A DNA stretch of 59,452 nt from a virus (taxonomy: Duplodnaviria > Caudoviricetes), in IMG/VR virus record IMGVR_UViG_3300032301_000880, positions 1 through 59,452 of that record. One strand, given 5' to 3'. Under the pieces are notes generated by a model. That model was not told the DNA's origin. It ran no database searches and worked only from the letters and a program-made list of their open reading frames with translations. Shown in pieces: positions 21,109-30,504 of this stretch (within the stretch, counting starts at the first letter, position 1; every line of letters starts with the position of its first letter). Made by a program: the position numbers and the translations under genes.

Positions 21109-22194
21109 TTATTTATTTATAATTGATACCCGCAAATAATTAAGAGAAAGTATTTCAGCACCAACTTCTTTAGTGCCAAACGCACATAGGTAAAAATCAG
21201 CGGATGCAAAATTTTTAGTCAACACTAATCCAGCAGCCGCATTATTAGTACCCGCACTTAAATCATCAGTAGCAACACCGGTAACAATCTGAGCAGATAA
21301 ACTGTTTCTAAAAACAATTTTTCTATTCTGCTTTCGTAACGGCTGAGTAGTGTAAACAGCAGTCCCTGAAATATTTACCCTGTTGGTCGTGCCTAATGCG
21401 TTGTCGGCTACCGCCCATATTAAAGTCTTATCATTTGGGCCTACTGTTCCAGAAAGAAGGTAATCGTACACGATCTCGGAATTGGCCTGCATAAGTTCCC
21501 TTGGCAAAAGCACGGCGACAAGTAACACTTCTGACGTTGTATTGCCTACCGCTAACGCTGCCCCGCTTTGGTGAATGTTCACATAAGGAGCTGCCCAATG
21601 GGTGCCATCCCAGAAAAATAACGCCCCGTAGATCGTATTGAAAAATAAATCGTTGGTAACAGGATTCGCAGGGAAGGAACTGCCAGATGCGCTGAACGTC
21701 CTTTCAAAGAAAGCAGAAGAACTGAGATACCCCGAAATGGTAGTTATCGTTCCCGCAGCACTTGGACGTAAGCCGTAACGGATATTGTTAACCGTAGTCG
21801 CCGTAACCAAAAAGTTCCAGTAGTCAGCATCCGCCTGAGTAGAGCCACTAAGGAAATTAACGTAGGCTTGGCTCCAATCTAAAGTTATGTTCTGCCCGTT
21901 GGATAATTTTAACGTAGCCAGCAGTGTAGCAACTACTGGCATATTGTAAGGGTTGTTCGTTATCTGAACAACATTGCTTTCAATATCAACTATGTCAGAA
22001 CGCCTGAAGGTGTTAATTGCTTTAACAGTAGGGGTTCCAGAGATTACATAGGTAGTGCTGTCAACTTCAATAGGGTCAAAGTAAATTAAGTATACCGCCT
22101 CAGTGTCGCCAGAACTGCTTCCAGCAAAAGAAGGACGGGTGCTACCATTACAAAAAAATAGTCCCCAAGGCTTTTCTATTCTTGTTGTTGCCAC
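21109..22194 (-). CDS. Putative head fibre/decoration protein
   Basis: Contains the fibre-type linker PANPVTNDLFFNT..LFFWDGTHW and a beta-rich C-domain. Late-type promoter upstream. Confidence 0.55.
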   Translation of the reverse strand: MATTRIEKPWGLFFCNGSTRPSFAGSSSGDTEAVYLIYFDPIEVDSTTYVISGTPTVKAINTFRRSDIVDIESNVVQITNNPYNMPVVATLLATLKLSNGQNITLDWSQAYVNFLSGSTQADADYWNFLVTATTVNNIRYGLRPSAAGTITTISGYLSSSAFFERTFSASGSSFPANPVTNDLFFNTIYGALFFWDGTHWAAPYVNIHQSGAALAVGNTTSEVLLVAVLLPRELMQANSEIVYDYLLSGTVGPNDKTLIWAVADNALGTTNRVNISGTAVYTTQPLRKQNRKIVFRNSLSAQIVTGVATDDLSAGTNNAAAGLVLTKNFASADFYLCAFGTKEVGAEILSLNYLRVSIINK

Positions 22195-22257
22195 GAAACA
22201 AAAGTATAAAAAAAGTTTGGTTTCTGAAACCGCCCCCTTTTTTAATCTTTTGCGGGT

Positions 22258-22815
22258 TTAAGAGTTGGCATCGTTCCCGATTATTTCAAACTGTTCCTCC
22301 CCTGTTCTGGCATACGTTCCATCTCGGCTGAAAAGAAACTCTAATGATGCCTCTGAATCTGAAAGCCATTTAACCATAAAGCAACCTGCCTGAAAAACAA
22401 CCTCCCCTATCCCATAGCCACATTTTACAATATTGCCTTCGTAAAACTCTCGACCGTTCAAGTCAAGCAATCCGGTTGCTTTTTTAGGTTCTCCACCATA
22501 CTCAATAAACTTGTCCAACGCCTGAGTGTGTACCTGAATGGCGTTCTCAAAGGTCTGGTGGTCGTAACTGAACAGGTAGTTCTCCTCCGTTCTGCCGTTC
22601 CGAAACCTTGCTCCCATTGTTACCAGAACGATTTCCATCAGTTCATGGGATAAAATGCTCAGGGTGTACAACGGGTCTTTATCATAGGACTTAATCCCAA
22701 TTGATATCGTTGATTCTGACCAATTGAATGAACCTGCATCCGATTCTTTATCCCAGATAATTTGAAACCTGAATGCAAGGATTTCTACTTGTTGTATGAA
22801 TTTTAGTTTAGTCAT
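22258..22815 (-). CDS. Metallopeptidase-like domain fused to a YopX-like C-terminal domain
   Basis: LSHELMEIVL (HExxE), then TGLLDLNGREFYEGNIV...FEIIGN (YopX signature). Confidence 0.55.
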   Translation of the reverse strand: MTKLKFIQQVEILAFRFQIIWDKESDAGSFNWSESTISIGIKSYDKDPLYTLSILSHELMEIVLVTMGARFRNGRTEENYLFSYDHQTFENAIQVHTQALDKFIEYGGEPKKATGLLDLNGREFYEGNIVKCGYGIGEVVFQAGCFMVKWLSDSEASLEFLFSRDGTYARTGEEQFEIIGNDANS

Positions 22816-22873
22816 TCTAATTCTGTTTTAATAAAAATTGCCACTTGCGTATATCTACGTGTTAGCGGTAATG

Positions 22874-23663
22874 CTACGAACCGCATACCCGACTGACTGC
22901 AATTTCATAATATTGTTTCTCTTTTTCAATTCCTACAAAAAAACGATTAAGTTCTTTTGATGCTAAACAAGTAGTCCCTGAACCCATTGTGTTATCTAAA
23001 ACAACATCGTTTTCATCTGTGTAAGTGGATATAAAATACTTCATCAACTCTTTTGGCTTTTGTGTTGGGTGGTACTTCACTTTCGGCAGTTGTGAAATAT
23101 TGTACAGTTCTTGGGTTTCTTAATCCAGTTTCATTTACTATTTCAAAACCGTTAATATTTGGTATTGAATGATAAACTTCTGTTGCTTTGCCTGTTTTTT
23201 TATCTTTGCCTTTATTAAATGCTTTCCCTTGCACCTTTTGAGCATTGTATTTAGTTTTACCCTTCCCAAATACAACTATGTTTTCGTGTGCTTTTAAAGG
23301 CATATAACTTGCTTGTAAAAAATTACTTGCTTTTGATTTTTCCCATATCCACTCATACTTAAATAGTTTTGGATTACTCATTATTAACGCACTTGTAAAA
23401 GGTTGTGAAGCAGTCAATACTATTGCACCGTTATCTGTAAGTATTCTTTCATATTCTTCCCAAAGTTTGTCAAAAGGCAAAATACTATCCCATTTACAAG
23501 CGGTTGTACCATAAGGCAAATCAGCTAAAATAAGATTAACTGACTTGTCTTTTATGTAAGGAAAAATATCGAAACAATCCGCATTAACCAAAGCACTACC
23601 GCTAACAAGGGTTTTGCAATAGTGGGGCGGAAGCGGTTTATTGAACATTTGTAATTCTATCAT
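22874..23663 (-). pseudogene. N4C/N6A DNA methyltransferase (beta class), frameshifted near 23075
   Basis: DLPY is in ORF 23013-23663, while HPTQKP and DNTMGSGTT are in the other frame (22874-23080). Confidence 0.85.
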
Positions 23664-23727
23664 CTTTTAGTTGTTAATTGAACATTTGTACTCCGAAGCC
23701 CCACCTTCGCCAATACCCATACGTTAT
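23593..23727 (-). mobile_element. attC-like (integron-cassette-type) site upstream of the methyltransferase
   Basis: Minus strand reads TAAC-GTATGGGTATTGGCGAAGGTGGGGC...GCCCCACTATTGCAAAACCCTT-GTTAGCG, an imperfect inverted repeat with an extra base. The TAAC overlaps the upstream stop codon. Confidence 0.6.
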
Positions 23728-24203
23728 TGATACCAATATCCGTATTTATTTTCCAACTCCGCAATGAATTTCTTGCGCAAGTTTTGCAGGCTCTTTGAAT
23801 CAGGGTCTGCACTTCTCATGATGTCATTTAATGTGCGCTTGGCAGACAGTACCGTACTTCGGTTGAACCCAAAATAACTCCCAATCTTGCCCTCCTTTAT
23901 GCTGAGGCATTTCCCAACGGCTTCAAATAGGAGGTATCTGACCTCTACATTAGCCCGAAACCTTCGCTTTTCGATAATCTTAGCAACAGGGATATCACTC
24001 ACTATGCTGAGCGTTGCAAGGATGTGGTCAATTGCCACAGGCAACTCCTGCTCGGCTGGTTTGTCCTTGCTGAAGGAAATCGTTATCCGGTCAAACTCAG
24101 ATCCACTGGATTTAAGCAGTGCCTCCAATGAAGTGAATATCGTTTCAACTACATTCTTGGAATCGTCGCTCAGGTGCGCCCCGTTGTTAGTGTTTAGTTT
24201 CAT
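23724..24203 (-). CDS. Second DnaA domain IV-like HTH protein
   Basis: IDHILATLSIVSDIPVAKIIEKRRFRANVEVRYLL...KIGSYFGFNRSTVLSAKR matches the DnaA IGxxFxxdHsTV pattern. Confidence 0.65.
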   Translation of the reverse strand: MKLNTNNGAHLSDDSKNVVETIFTSLEALLKSSGSEFDRITISFSKDKPAEQELPVAIDHILATLSIVSDIPVAKIIEKRRFRANVEVRYLLFEAVGKCLSIKEGKIGSYFGFNRSTVLSAKRTLNDIMRSADPDSKSLQNLRKKFIAELENKYGYWYQ

Positions 24204-24221
24204 TGTTTGATGTTTGCGTGT

Positions 24222-25022
24222 TTATCTGCGACAAAATGCACCACAGCTTTTGCCTTCTTTTTTGTACTCCTTATAAGCTTCCAAGATATCGTCTTGAAAC
24301 ATTTCTTGTTTACATTCATCGCTCAATTGGGTTAGTGTTTTCCCGCTTGTCATTATGGCATAAGTTCTTTTCCTGTTAGCTTGATAGTTTTTCTCAAATT
24401 CAATCATTTTCTCAAATTCTTTTCTATTCAAATACCACAAGGCTTTGTATTCTTTCTCAGACTTATAGAAACACATTGAACAGCCACCACGTAGCATATA
24501 AGCAGGGAAGTTTGGATGTAGGTTATAAGCTTTTAATATATCCTCACAATCCGCCCTGCTCAATAATTGTTCTTGCAATGGGTAAGAATATTTTACATTA
24601 GATTGTAATCCCCAATTCCCCTCCCTGCTTTCTTCGTCGGCATTCAAGCCAATCATTAATTCGCATTCGCCCTGTTGTGAAAGAAAATTATCAATCGGTT
24701 CTATCTTGAATTTCCCTGTACAATATCTCTTATCTGGGCTTGGCATAAATCTCCAAGTCAAAACAGCATCTAATAAATTATCAACCCAATTCCCCTTTAT
24801 CTTAACCTTTGGCTTTAGTCTTATTATTTCAAAATCATCCCCGTGTAGTTCTTTTAATTTAGCTTCTGCAAAATCAATTCTTGCATACATTTCTTCATGC
24901 TCTGCCCCAGTATCACACCAAATTGCTTTTGCCCCTTTCCCAAACAGAATGCACATTGTAGTGCTTTCCACGCCTCCCGAAAAAGAAATAAACCGCTTTG
25001 TATTGTTAGTGTTCAGTTTCAT
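24222..25022 (-). CDS. PAPS reductase-like (PP-loop) Fe-S protein
   Basis: SFSGGVES, CDTGAEH, RYCT, RGGCSMC and a C-terminal CGAFC. Confidence 0.8.
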   Translation of the reverse strand: MKLNTNNTKRFISFSGGVESTTMCILFGKGAKAIWCDTGAEHEEMYARIDFAEAKLKELHGDDFEIIRLKPKVKIKGNWVDNLLDAVLTWRFMPSPDKRYCTGKFKIEPIDNFLSQQGECELMIGLNADEESREGNWGLQSNVKYSYPLQEQLLSRADCEDILKAYNLHPNFPAYMLRGGCSMCFYKSEKEYKALWYLNRKEFEKMIEFEKNYQANRKRTYAIMTSGKTLTQLSDECKQEMFQDDILEAYKEYKKEGKSCGAFCRR

Positions 25023-25408
25023 TGTTTGATGTCAAAGAATTTTTTCCAAGTATCATACATAAAAGAATGGGCGATGTCATCTTCTGTGCAAATTACTATA
25101 CTATTGTAAGTAATCCTAATAATCGGATATTCTTTTCCAATTATCAGTAGTTCTTGCTTAACCCCAAATGGCTTACAAACATCCTTAGCAATCAAGATTG
25201 TTCCTACGGCTAATTGTGGAGGTTCTGGCTGAGTAGTTCGGGATTCCCGAACATCTGGCTTAAGTTTCTCCACCACCTTCTGAGCCTCCCGAATAATATC
25301 GTCCATTTCGCTAATGGTTAATATCAATCCATGATCCTGCTCCATGAGCTTGAATAAGCCATCGTAATGACTGGCTATTAGGCTTAGTTCTTTCTCTGTT
25401 TCAAACAT
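25019..25408 (-). CDS. Hypothetical protein
   Basis: 129-aa ORF coupled to its neighbours. Confidence 0.6.
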   Translation of the reverse strand: MFETEKELSLIASHYDGLFKLMEQDHGLILTISEMDDIIREAQKVVEKLKPDVRESRTTQPEPPQLAVGTILIAKDVCKPFGVKQELLIIGKEYPIIRITYNSIVICTEDDIAHSFMYDTWKKFFDIKQ

Positions 25409-25411
25409 TGC

Positions 25412-25882
25412 TTATAAGTTCTCGTCCAACAATCTCAAAATCGCTAACCACGTTTCTTTGGTCTTAAAGTAAACCTCCATGACCTGATGCCCTGCTCCTT
25501 CTCTGTTCATGTAGATATCAAGACCGTATAAATTCGTGTCATCCTTGTAAGCATAATAGCCGGAAAAGTCAATTTGGTTAAATAAGAACATTACATACCC
25601 ATCGCAGTAAACCTTTATCCTCCCGTTGTAGATTTTAAAAGTGTAGTTCTGAGAAGAAGTTTCAATCACCTTGCCCGCTTCCTTTGGATGTACGTAGGTA
25701 GGAAGATTCGTGGAGCTAATGTTTGGTAAGGGGGCTTTGGATTCGTTTAAAGCTATTTCTTCCTGTGTCATTGCTACCAAAAGGTCTTGATTTGTTATTA
25801 GCATCTCAATTAACACATCTCTGTCTGTATCCTTATAAAGAGCAACCCGTTCTTCGTAGGTTAAATTAACTTTTTGATTCAT
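25412..25882 (-). CDS. Hypothetical protein
   Basis: Likely start MNQKVNL at 25882, just after a TGAAAC-N16-CGTA promoter. Confidence 0.6.
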   Translation of the reverse strand: MNQKVNLTYEERVALYKDTDRDVLIEMLITNQDLLVAMTQEEIALNESKAPLPNISSTNLPTYVHPKEAGKVIETSSQNYTFKIYNGRIKVYCDGYVMFLFNQIDFSGYYAYKDDTNLYGLDIYMNREGAGHQVMEVYFKTKETWLAILRLLDENL

Positions 25883-25893
25883 GTTTTTTGTTT

Positions 25894-25919
25894 TACGATA
25901 CCGCCCCGAAAATGTTTCA
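25894..25919 (-). promoter_or_regulatory. ECF-sigma-type promoter (representative of about 13 copies)
   Basis: TGAAAC-ATTTTCGGGGCGGTAT(16)-CGTA, 11 nt before ATG. Confidence 0.65.
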
Positions 25920-25934
25920 AACTGGGGCAAAACC

Positions 25935-28283
25935 TCACTTTGAATATTTTGGCTGGCGGTATCCCCTTAACGCATTCTCTATCTTTGCTTCCCTTGCTGA
26001 CTTAACAACTACTGTAAGCCTTCCATCGTCTCCTCTAATTATATTTCTGCTTGGCTTAGATTCTCGTAACCAGTCCTTCTCTGTTTTTACATCTACGTTC
26101 TTAGGCACTAAATGGTTCTTCGATTCTGCTGCTAAGTACCCGTATACAGCTCCATCTAACCGATCATCTTTGTAATACGCCTTATCTTTTGGCCCCCAAA
26201 CATATCCCGTTTTAGAAGGATTGAGCTTCTTAGTAAACGAAGATATCTCACTCCAAAACTCTGGACTGTCTATTTTCTCACCGTATACAGTAACCAACTC
26301 AATAAGTTTCCCTACTATCCTTGGAGCATTGTGCGCCTTCTTACTAATACCATCTTGAGAAGCCTGTTCCCCTGACTGGAACATATCCGGTAACTCAGCA
26401 TTGGAAATAACGTACCGTTCCAGTCCCATTATCTCTAACCAGTTGGTGTACTCAGCACCCGTATTGGTTTCTATTAACTCAAAAGGGAACTCCCCTCTTT
26501 TGTTCATAAAATAAAAAGATAAGCATATAGCCTGGATATAACATTCGTGGTAGTCCGGAACCCTGAAATTAACTTCAGCCGAAATAGTGTGGTTTACTGC
26601 ATCAAATATTGTGGAATCGAAATTGGACGTTCCCGTGCCATGATTAATACAATCTGTTCCTTTGTAATACCTGTTTATCCAGGCAGGATCAGGTTCGTGA
26701 AAAATTGTGGTAGTAACCAAAGGGTCTACCCTGTCTGTTTGTATGAATTCCGCCCCCACAATTATTCCTTTGTCCCGTAAGAATATCGGGGCATTCGGGC
26801 TGCTGGAATATTTAGGAATGAAATACCCGTACTTCTTAGGGGCTTCCAACGCCCGCTTAACGTGAACGTCAATCTGCTTTCTGGGAATAAGCGTGCTGTC
26901 CGAAGATAAGAAAACGTCTGCTATCCTCCGGGGATAGTGTTGCTTGAACTGAACTTCAGGATCCTCATCCAGAACCAGCCCCTCTTTCGTTCCGGCCATA
27001 TACGACCGATACTCCGATTCCAAGAACTCTTCCGTTATCCCAGGTTTGGCAAAGCACTGAATGAACATAGGGATAATGCCAGAATCGAACGTTCTTTCCT
27101 GCCATTCCCGGATCAAGCCCATATAGATAATCTCTAAGTCTTTTCCCTCCCGATTAATATTACCGCCGGTTCCCCATCCCACAACCTGCCTTACCTGTCG
27201 CAAGGTTCCGTTGATATTCTTAAATAAAGTAGGTCTGCCCTCCTTCATCATAACCCCAAGTTTCTGGGTCATACCAATTTCATCCAAAAGAACCACGCTT
27301 GGTGTACCTCCATTGATAGAGTACTTGCTGGGGCTATCTACCAGAATAGAAGAGTTGTTCCCTTTGATAGTTCCCTTTTCCTCTTTGTAGCCCACACGTA
27401 GCGACATCTTGGTATCAGAGAATACCGAAGGCCGCATATAGTCGGACCAGTTGGAGTACGAATAATAAATCTTATCCGTATAAATCTCCATTGACTTCTC
27501 TAAATCACAGGCTATATATTTGGCTTTATAGTTCTCATAAACCATTGTTTTGTTGGCTACCCAGCCTCCTTCAGTAATGGTTAAACCTACCTGCCTACCC
27601 TTGGTAGCAAAAATACTGTACCCGCAGTCCTGAAGGAATAATACCAACTGTTGCAAAGGCCACGCCGTATACTTCTCCTTACCTAATCCATTGGTAGCCC
27701 CCGATTCCTGAAACCATAAGTGCTTATTTAAAGCGTACAACGAATTGCACTTGCACCGCTTGGCTTCCGTTCTCAGTAACTCGTTAGCTTGCTCGTAAGA
27801 TAAATCTGAGGACCATACTAATGGATCATCGTTTAGCCAGTAGTATGCCTGAGTAATGTAGTTGGATAAATAGTGGGGTATGTAAATATCTCGGAAGTCC
27901 CCGAAAAGCATGGTGTCAATGAACTGGATTATTTCCGGGTCCATATATCCCTTTATACCTACTCCTTGAGGCATCCAGAAGGACTGGCTTATCTTAGAGG
28001 CTAACTGAGATTTGGTTACGGTGGCTTTGGCGGTGTAGTCGCCTATCTGTAAGGTCTTGCTTACTGTGGATACGAAGGGGTCAACGGTAATTTGAGGTTG
28101 GGATACCGCCGGCAAATTCGTTGAAAGGCGGGTTTCTGGCATAGCCCCAACTACCTCGTAGTTGACATCATACCCTCCCTGCTTCAGTTGGATTAATACC
28201 GCAGTATCTAATAATGCCCCACTCTTGTACAGAGTAAAGTACATCTCCAACTCCCGCTTCGATATGTTTTGCTTGTGGCTCAA
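25935..28283 (-). CDS. terL: Terminase large subunit
   Basis: Walker A KGRQVGLT, Walker B VLLDEIG, motif III GWGTGG, and RNase H nuclease YKGTD...DDRLDG. Confidence 0.9.
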   Translation of the reverse strand: MSHKQNISKRELEMYFTLYKSGALLDTAVLIQLKQGGYDVNYEVVGAMPETRLSTNLPAVSQPQITVDPFVSTVSKTLQIGDYTAKATVTKSQLASKISQSFWMPQGVGIKGYMDPEIIQFIDTMLFGDFRDIYIPHYLSNYITQAYYWLNDDPLVWSSDLSYEQANELLRTEAKRCKCNSLYALNKHLWFQESGATNGLGKEKYTAWPLQQLVLFLQDCGYSIFATKGRQVGLTITEGGWVANKTMVYENYKAKYIACDLEKSMEIYTDKIYYSYSNWSDYMRPSVFSDTKMSLRVGYKEEKGTIKGNNSSILVDSPSKYSINGGTPSVVLLDEIGMTQKLGVMMKEGRPTLFKNINGTLRQVRQVVGWGTGGNINREGKDLEIIYMGLIREWQERTFDSGIIPMFIQCFAKPGITEEFLESEYRSYMAGTKEGLVLDEDPEVQFKQHYPRRIADVFLSSDSTLIPRKQIDVHVKRALEAPKKYGYFIPKYSSSPNAPIFLRDKGIIVGAEFIQTDRVDPLVTTTIFHEPDPAWINRYYKGTDCINHGTGTSNFDSTIFDAVNHTISAEVNFRVPDYHECYIQAICLSFYFMNKRGEFPFELIETNTGAEYTNWLEIMGLERYVISNAELPDMFQSGEQASQDGISKKAHNAPRIVGKLIELVTVYGEKIDSPEFWSEISSFTKKLNPSKTGYVWGPKDKAYYKDDRLDGAVYGYLAAESKNHLVPKNVDVKTEKDWLRESKPSRNIIRGDDGRLTVVVKSAREAKIENALRGYRQPKYSK

Positions 28284-28720
28284 ATCTTGCTATTCTTTAA
28301 CGCTTCTACAATAGCTTTCCGGCTTCCATACTCAGGGTCAGCCAGAATATCTATCGCTTTCTTAATGCCCGCAGAAAAGCCTAATGCCACAAACCGGTTT
28401 TTCAATAAAAGGGCTGGCGGGTTCTTATACGGAACCTGAACGTGTAAGTGCATATTCTTAATCGCATCCGCTAACTCAGCATATTCTTGATCCGAAATAA
28501 CCTCAGCACTCTTGAAGTTAACAAGCCTCTGGATATTCGTTTGGCTCATAAGCGTTACCCTTGAGATATTCTCCTGCTCTGGCAGGTATCGGGTAAACTG
28601 AACCCGTACATTACCATCCTTATCGGGGTTGGTAACAACCTCCGCTAACTCTAAAGTAGTTAGGACAACAAACTTATGCCCCAGTAAATATTTTGGTTTT
28701 TCCGTAGTTGTCTTCTGCAT
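28280..28720 (-). CDS. Hypothetical protein
   Basis: 146-aa ORF in an operon with terL. Confidence 0.6.
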   Translation of the reverse strand: MQKTTTEKPKYLLGHKFVVLTTLELAEVVTNPDKDGNVRVQFTRYLPEQENISRVTLMSQTNIQRLVNFKSAEVISDQEYAELADAIKNMHLHVQVPYKNPPALLLKNRFVALGFSAGIKKAIDILADPEYGSRKAIVEALKNSKI

Positions 28721-29123
28721 TATTGGAAAACATTTGAGTATAATTCAACGGGGCTAAGAAGCATCCGAACACCCACGCTGGCTGGCATTCCCTCAGCACA
28801 AAGAGCAATCCGTTAATTTTCTGGGCGGTTTCCGTACCATCAACAACAAGTTTCAAGGATTCAAATCTAAGATCATTCATCTTAAATACCTCCCGCATCC
28901 AAGCGTCAAAGCAGGTAGGAGCATCGCCCTTTTTAATCTGCATGAACTTCAATATCTCTTCCCGAACCGCCTCAGCATCTGCTTCCGGTAGGTTTTTAGT
29001 AAACCCCATACGCTCTGCAAAATTAGGTAGGTAGTACAATGGAACAAGATAAGTATAGGGCAACGACTTTAGCTTACCCTTGAATAATCGGTAACGTCCG
29101 TCAACTTTAAGACTTTGTTGCAT
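28674..29123 (-). CDS. Hypothetical protein
   Basis: 149-aa ORF overlapping its neighbours. Confidence 0.55.
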   Translation of the reverse strand: MQQSLKVDGRYRLFKGKLKSLPYTYLVPLYYLPNFAERMGFTKNLPEADAEAVREEILKFMQIKKGDAPTCFDAWMREVFKMNDLRFESLKLVVDGTETAQKINGLLFVLRECQPAWVFGCFLAPLNYTQMFSNNAEDNYGKTKIFTGA

Positions 29124-29632
29124 ACGTCAAAAGTAGGGCTTTCTGACGATATTTTAAAATACAACTCCATCAGGGAATGACCAAAAGGGAGTAGTCCGAA
29201 TCTGCCAGGATTTGCCATAAGGATAGAATATGTGTTCTTTATGATCCTGCCTACATTGTCTGTGTACGGGATCCCGTACCGCTGTAAGTCCTCTTCGTAA
29301 TCCTCTTTGTCTAATACTTGGGCAAAGATTCGCTGTAAGCTACGGTAACTTAGAATTAAATCAGAGTAGAAAAAGACTTTGCCCTTGGGTATTGAAGGGA
29401 AAAGTTTGGTTAAGAAGTAATGGAAGGTGTAGATTATCTGGTATTCTGTAACCGCCGGTATTTTTGTTAAAACAGGGGTAGTCAACTTGTGGCACGGTAA
29501 CTTCTCCAGAAACACATAGAACACAATAGGGTCGCTTCCCGTAACAAAAACAACCGTTCCCTTTGAAGGGTCAAACCGCTTCGCTGGGAAAAAACCCGTC
29601 GCCCTGTCAAACTTTAACGGCTTTAGTGCCAT
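29069..29632 (-). CDS. Hypothetical protein
   Basis: 187-aa ORF immediately after the promoter at 29642-29667. Confidence 0.6.
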   Translation of the reverse strand: MALKPLKFDRATGFFPAKRFDPSKGTVVFVTGSDPIVFYVFLEKLPCHKLTTPVLTKIPAVTEYQIIYTFHYFLTKLFPSIPKGKVFFYSDLILSYRSLQRIFAQVLDKEDYEEDLQRYGIPYTDNVGRIIKNTYSILMANPGRFGLLPFGHSLMELYFKISSESPTFDVCNKVLKLTDVTDYSRVS

Positions 29633-29634
29633 AT

Positions 29635-29702
29635 TTGTTTATACGCAACCGCCTCCAAAAAGTTTCAAAACCCCTGATTTATTGATTTTAGGGGCGGGAT
29701 TA
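29635..29702. repeat. 68-bp regulatory block duplicated at 48208-48275
   Basis: 66/68 identical, with 55 bp perfect. Contains the ECF-type promoter and two opposed CCGCC motifs. Confidence 0.95.
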
Positions 29703-29715
29703 ATACCTTTGCCTT

Positions 29716-30339
29716 ATGTCCAACGAATTATTTCCTGTCCCTGCTGACCATACCCGTAAGCTCCGTGAGCTGTACCCAGCCCTACAAGAAGTTCCTGAGT
29801 TCACCGATTCCAAACTTATTGATGAAGAACTCCGCTTTGTGATCCTGTACGGTTCTCCTACTTCTCCCATAAAAGGAGAAGATTCTGTACGTATAGCCAA
29901 GTGTATTGAAAGAGCCTTTAAGCAAGGTTCTCTTTCTGCTCAGGAGAAAGCACTGTACGCTCAGGGTAAGTTTCCCGACAACGTGCGCTCTGCGATTCTA
30001 CGTATGCGCAAGTTCAATCCCAGCACTCGTAATAAAGCGAAGGAAGCAACTGAGAATGTGTTTAACCAGTTTGTCCAAATCCTCAATACCGATACCAACA
30101 ATACTAAGATAACGGAAATGGATAGCGAAGGGAACTCAATAGAAAGCACCAGAGGCATGACACTGGATGAGTTGAAGAAGTGGTCAGAGATGGCAATTAA
30201 GATTACCTCCGAGCTTCCTACCCTTATTGAAACAATGGAAAAAGGTTTTGGTATGCACCAGAAAATTAAATCCCAAGAGGGAGGCAATCAGAAGAACATT
30301 GATAAAATCTTGTCAGAGAAAATTACCCTGGATGAATAG
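29716..30339 (+). CDS. Conserved-looking helical protein, terminase small subunit candidate
   Basis: 207 aa with LRFVILYGSPTSP and a C-terminal ELPTLIETMEK, reminiscent of genes next to crAss-like terL. Has a TACCTTTG promoter. Confidence 0.4.
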   Translation: MSNELFPVPADHTRKLRELYPALQEVPEFTDSKLIDEELRFVILYGSPTSPIKGEDSVRIAKCIERAFKQGSLSAQEKALYAQGKFPDNVRSAILRMRKFNPSTRNKAKEATENVFNQFVQILNTDTNNTKITEMDSEGNSIESTRGMTLDELKKWSEMAIKITSELPTLIETMEKGFGMHQKIKSQEGGNQKNIDKILSEKITLDE

Positions 30340-30504
30340 CTTCAGGGGAAGCAAAAAAAAATCGGGCAAATTTGAATTGGACGGAATTTGGGCAAAAGAT
30401 TTTAGAATTTTATTTTCTTTTTTTTTATTTTTCTTTTCTATAATTCTATATCTTCAGGATAACATCCCTATTAGCATGGAACATTTTGAGCATAGATTCT
30501 TCTA

